Assembly (NCBI GenBank): GCA_964016885.1
Contig: OZ024759.1
Location: 29,264,001-29,328,000, forward strand
DNA from: Eledone cirrhosa
Lineage: Eukaryota
Direction: 5' to 3'
DNA: 64,000 nucleotides
Shown here: positions 1 to 12,135 of the stretch, one piece after another
Numbering within the stretch: position 1 is the first letter of the stretch
Layout of the letters: each line of letters opens with the position of its first letter
The notes under the pieces: model-generated
What the model saw: only the letters and a program-made list of their open reading frames with translations
Told to the model about the DNA's origin: nothing
The model's database searches: none
Program-made: the position numbers and the translations under genes

Positions 1-242
1 TCATATATATATATGATGATGATGATATATATATATATAGAGAGAGAGAAACAAGGCCTACGTTAAAGATACAATATTAAAGTACTCAACACCACACAAG
101 AGGGTGAAGAGAGGGATTTATTTCATTCATTTACTGGTTATACAGAATCGAAACGGAATTCTTGTATATCTGACAAAATATGTGTATCAACATATACAAC
201 CACCATATCTTGTATTTGTATACAATGACAAAACAGGTTGTA

Positions 243-275
<33 letters not shown>

Positions 276-2337
276 CATATACATATAGAAATGACTAGAA
301 CAGTTTCATACGAATGAAACAGTTCTAGTCCTGTAGAAGTCATTTCTATATGTAATAAAGTTACCTATACTCTACCAACGTATTGAGTACGTTTTTTAAC
401 TGTGATTACCCACCACCACACGAGACAACTCGGGAACCAACATATATATATATACACTGCTGTCCCGACAAGATACCCTTACCCTAGGGGTATCTTGTCG
501 GGACAGCAGGCTCAAAGAACGGACGATGAGGGAACCTTTCGCTGATATATATACACACACACACATACATACGTACGACCATATACATATATATATGTAT
601 ACATACAATTTATATATATATATATATATACACAGGGTGTATATAATACGCCCGTCCGATTACATGGTAGGACCTATTATTTCCCTTGGAACATTTTCGG
701 TGGAGTTATTTTTATAGCTATTTCTTAAATTAAACACCCATTGGTAATATACATATAAACACACACATATATATATGTATGTATGTAATATATATATATA
801 TATTATCCATATATATATGAGCCATTTTAAATTATCAACATCATCGTTATTATTATGATATGGCTAAATAAAGAAATTATTATTATTTTTATGGTTATTA
901 ATACTACTACTACTACATAAACTCCAGTGAGGATTAACTTTACGTTTGATCCTTCCGGGTTGGATAAGATATTGTACCAGTGAAGTACTGAGATCGATAT
1001 AATTATACCCCTAGGTTGTCCTCTCCCACCGCCCCCTCCACACACACAAATTTGAGGAATTTTTCCAGTTAGAAATTTGTAACACTCATCGGTTTTTGTT
1101 GATTTTGAACATTTGCCTCGCGATATATAAATAAACCCCACTTTGTTTTATAATTCGTTCTTCTATGTTGTTCCTACCCCCACAGTCTAGGGCCATTTGT
1201 GCCCCTACGAAAAAAAAGATTTAATAATTATTAATATTACTATTATTATTAATTAACATTTTGTGAGGTAAAACTTTCACTCTCATCCTTCCGGTTGTCG
1301 ATAAAATTCACTACATCATCCTCAGAGGTTTACTTTAAATCGACCAACCCTCAAATAAATATAGTCGTGTGTCTTTATTTAAATATTATTACTATTAAAG
1401 AAATCGAGTACCAGTAATGCACTGTGTCGATTTCATCGACTTTCCCCTCCCTTCAATTTGTTGGCCCTGTACTTAAATCAGAAACCATTATTATTATTAT
1501 TATTCAAGAAATCAACGGGTTCCTGGATGGATCGTTTTCAGTGTCGGACGAAATGCCTTAAGGGTATATTCAGTTCAGATCCGGCCTAGCCGAAATCAAC
1601 TTTGCTTTTCGTCATGCCCGATACCAAAATCATAAATAAAGTACTAGTCTAACACTGGACCCATTTAATCGTCTTTCTATTACCCCTAAATTGCTAGTCC
1701 CTAGTTTAGAAAGTAGTATTTAACAGTAACGTACTGGGGTCGTTTCATCGACTTTCCCCTCCCCCAAAATTGCTGTACTTGTGCCTAAATCAGAAACCAT
1801 TAGATAACATTATCGTTATTTTTATAGCTAAAAACGAAATACTGGGAAGGGTGTTGAGTAGAATTTTGTGATCGATAAAATAAGTACCAGTAACATACAC
1901 GTGGTGATTAATCCTTCCTAAATAATAATTGTTTCTACTTTTGGCACAAGCCCAGCAATTACCCAGTTCATTACTGGTACTTTATTTTATCGACCCGGTC
2001 AGGATGAAAGGCAAAGAGCTTGTGCCTATGTTGTTTAAAACATTATTATTACTAATACGAGAGAGAGCGCGAAATATTGTGGGAGAGGGAGTGGATTTAT
2101 CAAAAATGGTCGGGGTGTAGATAAATATATATAGGGATCTGTGTGTGTGTGTGTGTGAAGCGATGTAGAATAAGTTGGGGGTACATGTTATCTCATTTTT
2201 TTTTATTTAATAGCAATGAAAAGATTCATGCTGCTTTTAAATATGTTTTTTTTAAATATATATATTTGCGTTGTTCTTTGCATTCTATAAATGTTTGGTG
2301 GTTGCAGAATGTATATGCATATAAATATATGTACGTA

Positions 2338-2383
<46 letters not shown>

Positions 2384-2550
2384 AATATAAACAATCGGCA
2401 GAAAAAAATTGCAAGAAATGTCATTTATCTATATGGTGGTAAAATGAAAAGTGCTTAATTTTTTATTACACTTAATATCATTGTATATATAAATAATTCT
2501 TAAGTGTGTATACACATTTATCCTTATATATATATATATATAATATATAT

Positions 2551-2587
<37 letters not shown>

Positions 2588-2664
2588 GGTGGAGTGCGTC
2601 TGCTTTTAGTTGGATCTGAAGTGATTCTAATGAAAACTCATTTTTACGAATAAACAAATAACGA

Positions 2665-2716
<52 letters not shown>

Positions 2717-3095
2717 CGAGTATGTTTACACATTTATACATATGTGTTTATACATTTATACATGTGTGTTTTTGTTTGAATGTTTAAATCTATACATATA
2801 AATATATAAATATGTATATATATAAATATAATATATATATATATATATACATACGTGTTTGATTGCATGTATAAATAATATACAAGAAGTGGGGGAAGAA
2901 TAGATTAAAAAAAACGAAGCTACACGTGAACAATCAATAGAGTATATCATAGGAATAAGTGGAAGAATGGCAAAAGAAGAAAGAGAAGAGCCAGTCTGGG
3001 AGACAACGGCAGTGTGTGCAAAGGTAAGATGCCAATAGAAATGGTGCATCTGTGAGTAAACAAACATTAAAGCATGATAAGAACGGTAAACTCAC

Positions 3096-3110
3096 CTGTT
3101 CTTCCGCCAT
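3096..3110 (-). CDS. First coding exon (MAEEQ, phase 0) of an unidentified divergent gene
   Basis: Minus strand reads caaaaATGGCGGAAGAACAG|gtgagt: strong Kozak/YY1-type start followed by a consensus donor. No downstream exon was recognised in 1-3095. Confidence 0.7.
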
Positions 3111-3170
3111 TTTTGTATTCCCACACAAACATAACGAACGCACCGTTCGAGAGTAAATCAAGAGGAGCAA

Positions 3171-3181
3171 GCTGATTGGTT
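3171..3181 (-). promoter_or_regulatory. NF-Y CCAAT box upstream of the minus-strand gene
   Basis: Minus strand AACCAATCAGC, about 60 nt upstream of the ATG at 3110. Confidence 0.55.
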
Positions 3182-4004
3182 GATTTCACTGGGAGATAGA
3201 CTACTCTCCGACCCCGGCTTTCTTTATAGCACTCTCTCTCTCTCTAGATATATATATATATATATATGTATATATATTTTCTTTCTCTGTTTCTCTTTTC
3301 ACTTCTTAGCTCTCTGTTTCTGTTTTACTCTCTCCCTCTATCCACACGTATGTATATATGTATATATATATATATATGTGTGTGTGTGTATTTGCTTATC
3401 CCTCTCTCTTTCTCTCTTTACAGCGTTGGTTGATGCAGGTGGAGGCGGGGAAGTACATGGTGTTTTTTTTTTATTAAAGACACTTAGAAGAGCAGAAATC
3501 ACTAAAACATTTTCATTCTATTTATTTAATTATTCCTAACTCTTGACCACTTCACACCTGCTAGATTCGATGTTGAGTTTCGCTTTCTTTTTCCTCCTTC
3601 TCAGAGTTGGTAACGCAAGTTTTTGACACTTGGGAAGAAACGAAAAGGGACGTAACTGCTGTCATTTTTTTTTATCTTCCTTTTTTACGAGCCTTTACAA
3701 AATTACGCTATAGTCCACAAAACCCACATACCCCTCTCTATAAACTCATCCACTACCTCTCAGGCTGGTAATTCGATTGCGTTCTTTTCCCCTATATCCT
3801 TCAGTTTTGTTTGTGTTAGTTTCTTTGTATAGTTTTTAAGGTCCGAAGTTGTTAAACACATTATAACCTTGGTAGTTGAAAAATAGCACAAGGGAGCTAA
3901 CTGCTGGCTCCGTTAAGTTTTTGCAAGCTTTTTATTTTTAACTCGTCTCTCTAGCTATCTTTCGAGGTTAACGCTTTGTCCGTTTTGTTCGCTACGACAC
4001 CTCC

Positions 4005-4245
4005 CTACACACTACTATCAGGATGGAGTTGGACACCCGCAGAAGTGAACCCAGCTAGTTGGGATGGCTATTTCAATACGTCTCCCTCGCTATTATTAGA
4101 GGTAACGTTTTCTCAATTCTGTTTGCTGGGGCCACGAGACGAGCGGCTTGTATCTGGGGTTCTGCACACAAGAGAGGGTTCTCCTCCACATCGTCTGGAT
4201 TGTATCATTAGAGTAACGATGGTATAGGTTGCTGATATCTACGTT
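4005..4245. repeat. Unclassified dispersed repeat (copies at about 4790-4985 and 19725-19950)
   Basis: Shared ggtaaagttttctc..attctgtctgctg..ggcttgtgtctggggttctgcacac..aggttgctgatatc. Confidence 0.6.
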
Positions 4246-4399
4246 TTTATCAACAATAATTTCAAATATGATTGACACACTACAGTGACCCATGTTTACG
4301 AAATATTCGGCCTTAATAAAAACCGGTTTAATTTCTACATAATTATAAGACAGGTTTTATTTGTCAGCATAACCGTTATCATATTATTACAAATAAAAA

Positions 4400-4770
4400 A
4401 AGAAAAAAGAAAGAAAATGGAAAGGAAAAAGAAAAAAAAAACATAAGCAGGTAATACACACATCTTGGACCACATACAACAAAAGGCAGGCGAAAGGGGT
4501 GGACAAACGAACCACTGTCAGAACAAAAGATAACGGTATCACGAGGAGTACTGGAAAACCTCTCTAATAGTTTCTGGGGGAAGTCAGCACGCTCGCAGCG
4601 TTACCTCTGGTGATGGCGAGGCTGATGCGCTGGAACAGCCAAGCGCCTTCGCGAGCATCTCCAATTATCTCGGTTAGGTGAGCCGTCAGTGAAGACAAGA
4701 ACCTCGCAGTTAGCGGCCCGACTCCCCTAAACGTCTCGAATGCCACAGGCTTGAAAATGAAATCAGCCGA
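4400..4770 (-). mobile_element. CRE-clade non-LTR retrotransposon 3' end (restriction-like endonuclease tail)
   Basis: FIFKPVAFETFRGVGP..GDAREGAWLFQRISLAITRGNAASVL matches the FxPxAxET..QRxSxAxxRGNA tail of CRE elements. Confidence 0.75.
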
Positions 4771-5144
4771 TTACATTTCATGCTATCGTGGTGGAGATGG
4801 CCACCCGCAGGAGTGAGCTCCTGCCAATTGGAATGGTTATTTTATCACATCTTCCTCGCTTTCATCTGAGGTAAAGTTTTCTCTATTCTATCTGCTGCGG
4901 TCACAAGATGGCTTATGTCTGGGGTTCTGCCTCACTGTCCCGGCTCGTATCACTGGAGTTGCGGTGATATAGGTTGCTGATATCTATATAACTTTACACA
5001 CACACACACACGTTGGTTAATCATCTAAGGAATAAATATTGATAATAATATTTTTGTTACATTTATATCAGATAGAAATACATATATATAATCAATTAAT
5101 TAATTAATTAGGAGAAATAATGGACTGTAAAATAAGAAAATATT

Positions 5145-5430
5145 TTTAAAAAACGAAAAAGGAAGGGAAAGGCAAGGGCTCTAGTGTCGCAGGAGAATGA
5201 GGAGGAGCGGATGAGGTTGATTGAGCTCTGGGCCTAGGATGCAGCGGTAATGGGGCTGCGCCCTGCGGAGAATGGCAAGCGACATCCGCTCCACTTCGCC
5301 GGGCCCTTTCCTCAGACGGGCCGCCGTCGTCCTGATCTTGCGGGGGAACTTGGAAGTACGGGATCGAAGTACACCTCAAGTCTCGACGGCGACCGGTGCG
5401 AAGGCGAAGCAGCCGGACAATCCCAGGCAT
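5145..5430 (-). mobile_element. Second, degraded CRE-like 3' end
   Basis: An unlisted minus frame reads GCFAFAPVAVET*GVLRSRTSKF..ERMSLAILR; GC-rich island. Confidence 0.6.
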
Positions 5431-5689
5431 CCAGGATGTGGAAAGGAGCAAAAGAATCACTGACTGTGGCGCCCTAGATGAGACATCTAACTCTTACCCA
5501 CAAAGGGTAAGACTATCTGGTCTCCCCATCAATTCGGGATAATCCGGCCGGTACCAGAACCGATGGGTATGTTTAAGCATTCAAGGAAGGGACGCAACTG
5601 CTACTTACTTTTGCTTTCCAGACGGAGACCACGTTAAATGATGAAACCGTTACGTGACTGCCCGGCTTGCTAGAAATCTCAGCCATTTC

Positions 5690-5798
5690 TTTCTTCACCC
5701 AGCAGTCAACATCCATACACACCACATGTCCATACCAGTGCGGTTTTCTCTCTTTCACACTACACCTGATTCCTCTTATATCCAGCTTTTCTCTTAGC
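5690..5798 (-). mobile_element. RTE-like LINE fragment
   Basis: LREKLDIRGIRCSVKERKPHWYGHVVCMDVDCWVKK, homologous to the 39.0-39.5 kb copy. Confidence 0.7.
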
Positions 5799-5825
5799 AC
5801 ACACACACACACACACATATATATA

Positions 5826-6035
5826 ACAAAGAAAGTGTGGTAAGAAACCAGGTGAACCATAACGCACCAGAGTACTCGATACTTAGAGAAGTAGAGTGGA
5901 TAATAGGAAAAGAGTCGGGACCCCGACGGCTGAGCTCCGGCCGTTTCGACAGCTAGATCCGAACTAATCCAGATACTGCTGGGTTAGTTTGAATCTATGT
6001 TGAAACGGCCGGAGCTCAGCCGTCGGGGTCCTGAC
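5826..6035. mobile_element. Fold-back element in (TA)n, putative Penelope-like pLTR relic
   Basis: Palindrome at 5914-6035 containing GAAACGGC..GCCGTC GGGG (hammerhead 3' half); homologous to 10903-11108. Confidence 0.6.
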
Positions 6036-6998
6036 CCCCCCCCCCACATATATATATATATATATATATGTTCTTTGTTGATGGGTGTACGAATCAGCAC
6101 TCAATACTAATGCAGAGATTAATATGCATATGCTTCAAATGTGGTTGGTATCAGGAAGGGCATCCTATCGTAGAAACCTAGCCAGACACAGTTCTATAAG
6201 AGCAAGACACGGTCACCTGATCTGACTCGTCTCACAACAGGACAAGTCATTTAACCCATGCTAGTATGGAAAATTGAAGTTAGACGATGATGTTGGTGGT
6301 GGTGATGGTTTTTGGTGGTGGTGGTGGTGGTGGTGGTGATGGCGACGATGATGATGATGATGGTGATGATGACGGTGGTGGTAGTGGTGGTGGTGCTGAC
6401 GATGACGATGGCGATGATGATGATGATAATGATAGTGGTGGTGATGATGATGATGGTGATGGTGATGGTTATTAGTATCATCATGCATTCATCATTATCA
6501 TCATCATCGTTTAACATTCATTTTCCATGCTAGCATGGGTAATCAAAGTATCTGATTTGAGGTGGGGGAAGGCAGAGTTTGGCTGCTATTTCTAGCATGT
6601 GTTACGACCCTGCTGTTGCTCCCCCTTTATATACTCATGGCTAGGATGTTTTATGAAGAACAACCTCAGAACATCTTATAGAAGATTAAGGCTAGTTAAG
6701 GATTAAAGTGGTTAGGGGATTACACCTGGTCTTGGCTGGATTTTTTACTCTTCCCTTTCTTCTTCCCCCTCCTCCCACTATCCTTTCTCTCTTTCTATCT
6801 ATATTTACTTTCCTCTTTCATCTTACAGTCTCTATATCTATCTATTCCTCACCCCTCCCTCATACAATCTCTATCTCTCTATCTTTCTCCTCCCTCATAC
6901 AATCTCTCTTCATCTATGCCACTTCCCCTTCCCTCATATAATCTCTCTCTCAATCATGTTCTGTCATTCATCCCCTTTCTCTCACTCTTTCTCTCTCG

Positions 6999-7073
<75 letters not shown>

Positions 7074-7100
7074 GTATACACACACACACACACACACGCG

Positions 7101-7146
<46 letters not shown>

Positions 7147-7193
7147 TCTCTCTCAACCTTCCTCTTTTATCCATCTCTCTATCTATCTGTCTA

Positions 7194-7233
<40 letters not shown>

Positions 7234-7261
7234 GGTAGGTAGGTAGGTAGATAGAGAGATA

Positions 7262-7978
7262 GATTTCTTTATTTGCCACAAGGGCATACAAGAAATGGGA
7301 CATTACAAGATGTGAAGGCAGAGGTTTTGCATAAAAATTGTGTAAACTTTAACATTAATAAATTAAATTAAGCCCTCAACACCAGGAGCACATTTTGTAA
7401 GTGTTCCTGTCTTCCCTCTTTTGTCTTCCTCAACTTACAGGTTTATATAAAGAGACGGCCCACTCATTTGGGCCATTTTTGTCACATTCACCCACCTTTC
7501 AGTGAATTTAGTGGAGTTCAGCACCTCTCTATCCACTCTCACCTTCCTTCTGAGATGGTATTTAAAGAAGGGGATGAGTTGTTGTCCAGAGAGGAAAGTG
7601 TTTGCCCTCAGTCCTTTCAACCTTGTCCACCATATTACCTCTTTCGCCATAGCCACCAGACAGACGAAAACTGCCTCTCCTTCATTGTTAAATGAAGACG
7701 GGAGAGTGATCCTCACGATGGACTGGACTGACAACTGGATGTGTCCCACACGTGACAGTAGCTGTTCGACATAATTCCACAGGTCGGTCACCCCTAGGAA
7801 CTGAACAATTGCATGCAGAATGGTGGCTGCCAGGGCGTCCATGCCTGTAGATTTTGTCTCGAACTGATAGAACTCCTCTGTAGCACTGCCAAGCCAGAGA
7901 CTTCTGGAAATTATCCATAGGCTCTGGATGGAAAGTCCTCTCGAACAGAAGGTCCAGGAAAATCAGGGATTCCAGCAT
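7262..7978 (-). mobile_element. L1/Tx1-like LINE 3' end (zf-RVT region), frameshifted
   Basis: FQKSLAWQCYRGVLSVRDKIYRHG..TILHAIVQ..LWNYVEQLLS; ends AATAAAG and runs into a (TATC)/(TACC) microsatellite. Confidence 0.75.
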
Positions 7979-7984
7979 TTTACA

Positions 7985-8345
7985 TAGAATGTTTTACTCA
8001 AGTAATTATAATATAATATAATGAAATTATTGTGTACAGTGCTCAGCTGCACTAAAACTCATCAAAGGTGCATGTATAGTACATAGAATAATGTACAAAT
8101 GTCAGGAAAGTGAACAGTGTACGAGTCATGATATACATGTGTATGGAGGGGGGATATCAGGCGTAGTATTGAAAAATTTCAGGAAGCATGGATGTTTTAA
8201 AGGATGCAGTGTCTCGGCAGCTAACAACAGATGCAGGTAGTTTGTTTCATGCTTCAGCAAATCTGAGCATGAAAAAATGTTTCCGAAAGTTATAGGAGCT
8301 GTACTGTTTTCTGACTTTGTAGGCATGTCCACGTGTGTTAGACAC
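7985..8345 (-). mobile_element. CR1/L2-like LINE 3' end
   Basis: TRGHAYKVRKQYSSYNFRKHFF..A*NKLPASVVSCRDTASFK, the typical TRGH..RxxFF..WNxLP tail. Confidence 0.65.
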
Positions 8346-8863
8346 ATGGAAATAATACAGGAAAGAATCACTAGAAATAATTTACAGGCAAAAAGCAACC
8401 AGCAGGAGACCCAGGGGTAGACCCTAAGCAAGATGGTTGGATAACATTCATGAACTGGTCTCGCTTTGAGGATCCAGCTAGATCAATTGGAGACAGTTGG
8501 TTCTGAAGGAGTGTTTCAAAATAACTTGAAAATCATAGGTAAACAAAAAGCACCCAGTAAAGCACCTTGTAAAGTAATTGTGTTGGTGACATGACAAAAA
8601 GTACCTAATTCGCCCTTTAAAATGTTTCATATTGGTGGCACGACAAAAAGCATCCAGTTCAACCTGTAAAGTGGTCGTTTTGGTGCCATGATAAAAAGCA
8701 CCCAGTATATGCTGTAAATGTGGTTGGTATTAGGAAGGGCATCCAGCCATAGAAACAAAGCCAGAAATAGTTCTGTATGAGCAAGACATGATCAGCTGAT
8801 CTGACTTGTCTCACAACAGGACAATTTGTCTAACCCATGCTAGCATTGTGAAATGGACATTAA

Positions 8864-9084
8864 CCCTTTAATATTTACATTACTCTATATTTACTATTGT
8901 ATTCTCGTGGTAAAAGGTTTACATGACATAATTATCTCACATAATATCGAATCTATCAGACTTTGATATTATTTATTTTGAGAAAAATACCTTAACATTG
9001 GTAAAAGTGATTGGTTATGGCTTGTTTGAACAGAAAGAGGTGAGAAAATTCTGGGCGGATACAGCCGGTTTAAATGCTAAAGGG
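8864..9084. mobile_element. piggyBac-like MITE (about 200-220 bp)
   Basis: TTAA|CCCTTTA(G)CATTTA..TAAATGCTAAAGGG|TTAA. Copies at about 18281-18477, 34659-34856, 35580-35778, 42782-42955, 50420-50552, 57704-57904, 61414-61618. Confidence 0.8.
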
Positions 9085-10322
9085 TTAAACGGTGATGATG
9101 GCGATGATGATGATAATGATGATCACGATGATGATAACGAGAGGGTTAATTACTTTAATAGTGATTTATGGTTGCAAAAAGGAAAAAAAGAAACAAAAAA
9201 AAAACGCTCCCATAATTATATTTGAAATTCTTTCATCGTGATAAAAATTTGGTTGATGTGTCAAATTGGGATTATGACTAAATATAGCTGCAATTAATTC
9301 CATGGTTGAACAAATAACATGACTAGAACCTGAGCAAGATGGTTGTATAACATCCATGGGCTTGGCTGATCTTGCTTGGGGGCCCAACCAGATGAATTGG
9401 AGACAGTTGCTTCTGACAGGACCCATTGGAAGGAGTGTTTGAGGAATCTGCCCACACGACCCTCTCAGGAATAAGTGGGTGAAGAAGAAGTATAATGTTA
9501 TGTAGTTATATCTTCAGAGGTCAAATCTCAAAATATAAAGTGATATAACATTTTACTTTTCAATGATAAATACCAGTCATTTACTAGGACTGACCCAAGC
9601 CTTGGCAATGAAATTGATAGATTGTATTGGTAATTAAAAGGGCCTGAGAATAACGTAAAGGTTACACATGTCTGTGGAATACTCAGCCACTTATACTATA
9701 GTAGAAGATGAACTGTACTTGTAATTTCATGGGTCAGCCTTGTCACAGTGAATCTCCCTGAGAAGAATTACATTAAGGATACACGTGTATATGAAACACT
9801 CAATCTGTTACATTAAATAATGGTTTAAGCAAAAAGCCAATAACTTTGGCAGAGGGGAAAAGTTAATTAAATCAACCCCTGTGCATTACTGGTATTTTAT
9901 TTTATCGACCCCCGTAAGCATGAAAGGCAAAACTAACCTTGGCGGGATTTGTCTAACACTCTACTGATTCTGCCAATCCACCACTCTCAGCCAGTTACAT
10001 TATAATCTAAAATGAACTGTACCTGTGATTGAAAGAGTTAACTGACACACTGTTCATATACACATATCATACAATCTGCCCTTCATTTTGAAGGAAAAAC
10101 CTTTGGTACCTAGCAATGGTAGTAGATCCCTGAACGTCTTCCATCCCGTTCTCACTCTGGCTATTGTACTTTTGGAACACCCACCTCCGCTGCTCATTTA
10201 GTGGGTGTACCGAAACTACAGTAGCCAGAATGAGAACAGGATGGAAGAATATATATCTAGGGTACCTGTAGATAAAAATCCAAGGAAACAATGCTCAATC
10301 TATTGCAAGAGAACTTATTTCG

Positions 10323-10489
10323 TATAAATAACATTTCCTACACTTAACATGAATGTGATACCTTAGGTTTCGGGGTCCAGTTATGGCCACCACTGTGTAG
10401 TGGAAGAACCGTTCTAATACTGGCCTCTCATCCTGGCGCTAGAAACCTAAGGATGCGCATACACGTTAAGTGTATGAAATTGTAGTTAT
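10323..10489 (-). mobile_element. Hammerhead-bearing fold-back element, same family as 22575-22748
   Basis: About 45-bp inverted arms. Minus strand gcgc CAGGATGA gaggccagt..actggacccc GAAAC ctaag GTA; shares ggtccagttatggccaccact with the 22.6-kb copy. Confidence 0.6.
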
Positions 10490-10510
10490 CCCCCCCACAC
10501 ACACATATCG

Positions 10511-10600
10511 CCAGTCTGAAGAGCAGATCGATAGTGGAGTCAGATCCATAACTTCTATGGGTGACCTTGAGCCAATCCTCTGCGAAACGTGCGTAACAGG
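10511..10600 (+). ncRNA. Type-I hammerhead ribozyme motif (Penelope-like pLTR)
   Basis: ccagt CTGAAGA gcaga..(long insert)..tctgc GAAAC gtgc GTA acagg, followed by AATAAA at 10610. Stem I has one mismatch. Confidence 0.7.
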
Positions 10601-10902
10601 TCATTACACAATAAATATCTTATACATGTAATTGGAACTTCCTCGCTCTTTTCTAATATATATACACCCTGCCTGTGCATAGAGTGGTTGCTTTGGTACC
10701 AACTGAATCACCTACACACACACACACATATATATATAATTAAATAGCTCTGTACCATACATACAGCACTCTTGTTTCCTTTACCCTTTCTACGGAAATA
10801 CTTAACACACAAATATAATATATATATATATTATAGAGAGCCTGGACCTGACGGCTGAACTCTTGCAGTTTCACCAGTTAGTTCCACACTATATATATAT
10901 AT

Positions 10903-11108
10903 AACGAAGGAAATGTGGTAAGGAACCAGATGGACCATAACGCACCAAAGTACTCAATACTTAGGGTAGTAGAGTGGGTAATAGGAACGAGTAGGACCCC
11001 GACGGCCGAGCTCAAGCCGTTTCGACGGCTAATTCTGGACTAAAAAAAAAAAAATTTTTTTTAGCTGTCGAAACGGCTTGAGCTCGGCCGTCGGGGTCCT
11101 ACTCATTC
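10903..11108. mobile_element. Fold-back element in (TA)n, putative Penelope-like pLTR relic
   Basis: 48-bp inverted arms at 10985-11032 and 11061-11108; (TA)n on both sides. A degraded partial copy lies at about 10838-10888. Confidence 0.6.
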
Positions 11109-12071
11109 ATATATATATATATATAAATGAAAGGTATAGAAAGTATTGTAGCAAGAAGCCAACAGTATTCCAAAATATATATATATAACGGCCTGCTGCA
11201 GTTTCCGTCTACCAAATTACCCTGACATGTCATTGGTCAACCTAAACCTGTAGTAGAAGGGAATTTACCGAGGTGCCGTGCAAGAAAATTGAACCCATAA
11301 CCACATGTTTGCGAAGTGGACTCTTTAATCACGCAGCTATGTCATCCTCATTTATTAAAAGATGCACCGTCTAATTAACAGGCAAATGTTTTATTTTCTC
11401 TCTAAGTTTTTTTAAAACAATATTTATTTTGTCTACAAATTATCATTAACAGTTAATCTTTAATTTAATATTGTAATTTCGAGATAAAAATCTGTTTATT
11501 TATTTAATCATTTCAGTTGCACGCATAAAGCTGATAAGCAATGAGGGACGACATTAGTAACGGAACTGGTTCAGCATGACAATGGAAAGAATTCCCCATT
11601 CAAGGCCGCTCCCTCTCTACTCCACGTGACTGCTTAACCCAAGACAAGGCAAGACAAAGCTGTCAAGTTTACGGTGTTGGAGTTACTTAAAAACCGGCTA
11701 ACTGCGATAATTATTACATGTTTGTAAGAAGTGCTTGATGTGTTACGTTTCAAAAACTCAGAAAATTTAAAATTTATTCCGGTGTTCTTTTAAAGTAAAA
11801 CAATGGAAAACAAAAAAAAAATATAAATATATTGAGAACAATTAATTCGATCTAGGTGGTCTTCATGTGTTGGTTATTTCCCTTGTCAGCTTACACATAA
11901 TGATTAGTCCCCTTTACGTCCGCTGTGTCCTACTTCCTGTTTAATGACATTTTTTATTATTAAAGGAGCGTTTCATCGTCTCTTTGTTTATTAATCTGAA
12001 ATAGTTGTGTTTACAGTTCTAGAAGTGTCAATCTTCGCATACATTTAACAGTTGTAAACCACTAATTAATT

Positions 12072-12135
12072 ATGATATGGGACTATCGTCTGAGGTCCTC
12101 TACACGTAACAACCAGATGAAAACTGCAGAAAATG
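12072..12135 (+). CDS. Candidate upstream alternative first coding exon of B55 (MIWDYRLRSSTRNNQMKTAEN, phase 1)
   Basis: ATG with A at -3, 21 codons plus G, then gtaggg donor; in frame with exon 2; lies in repeat-poor sequence. Confidence 0.3.

Noticed and set aside
6251-6533. Poly-His/Asp/Val ORFs
   Set aside because: GAT/GGT trinucleotide microsatellite between SINE tails.
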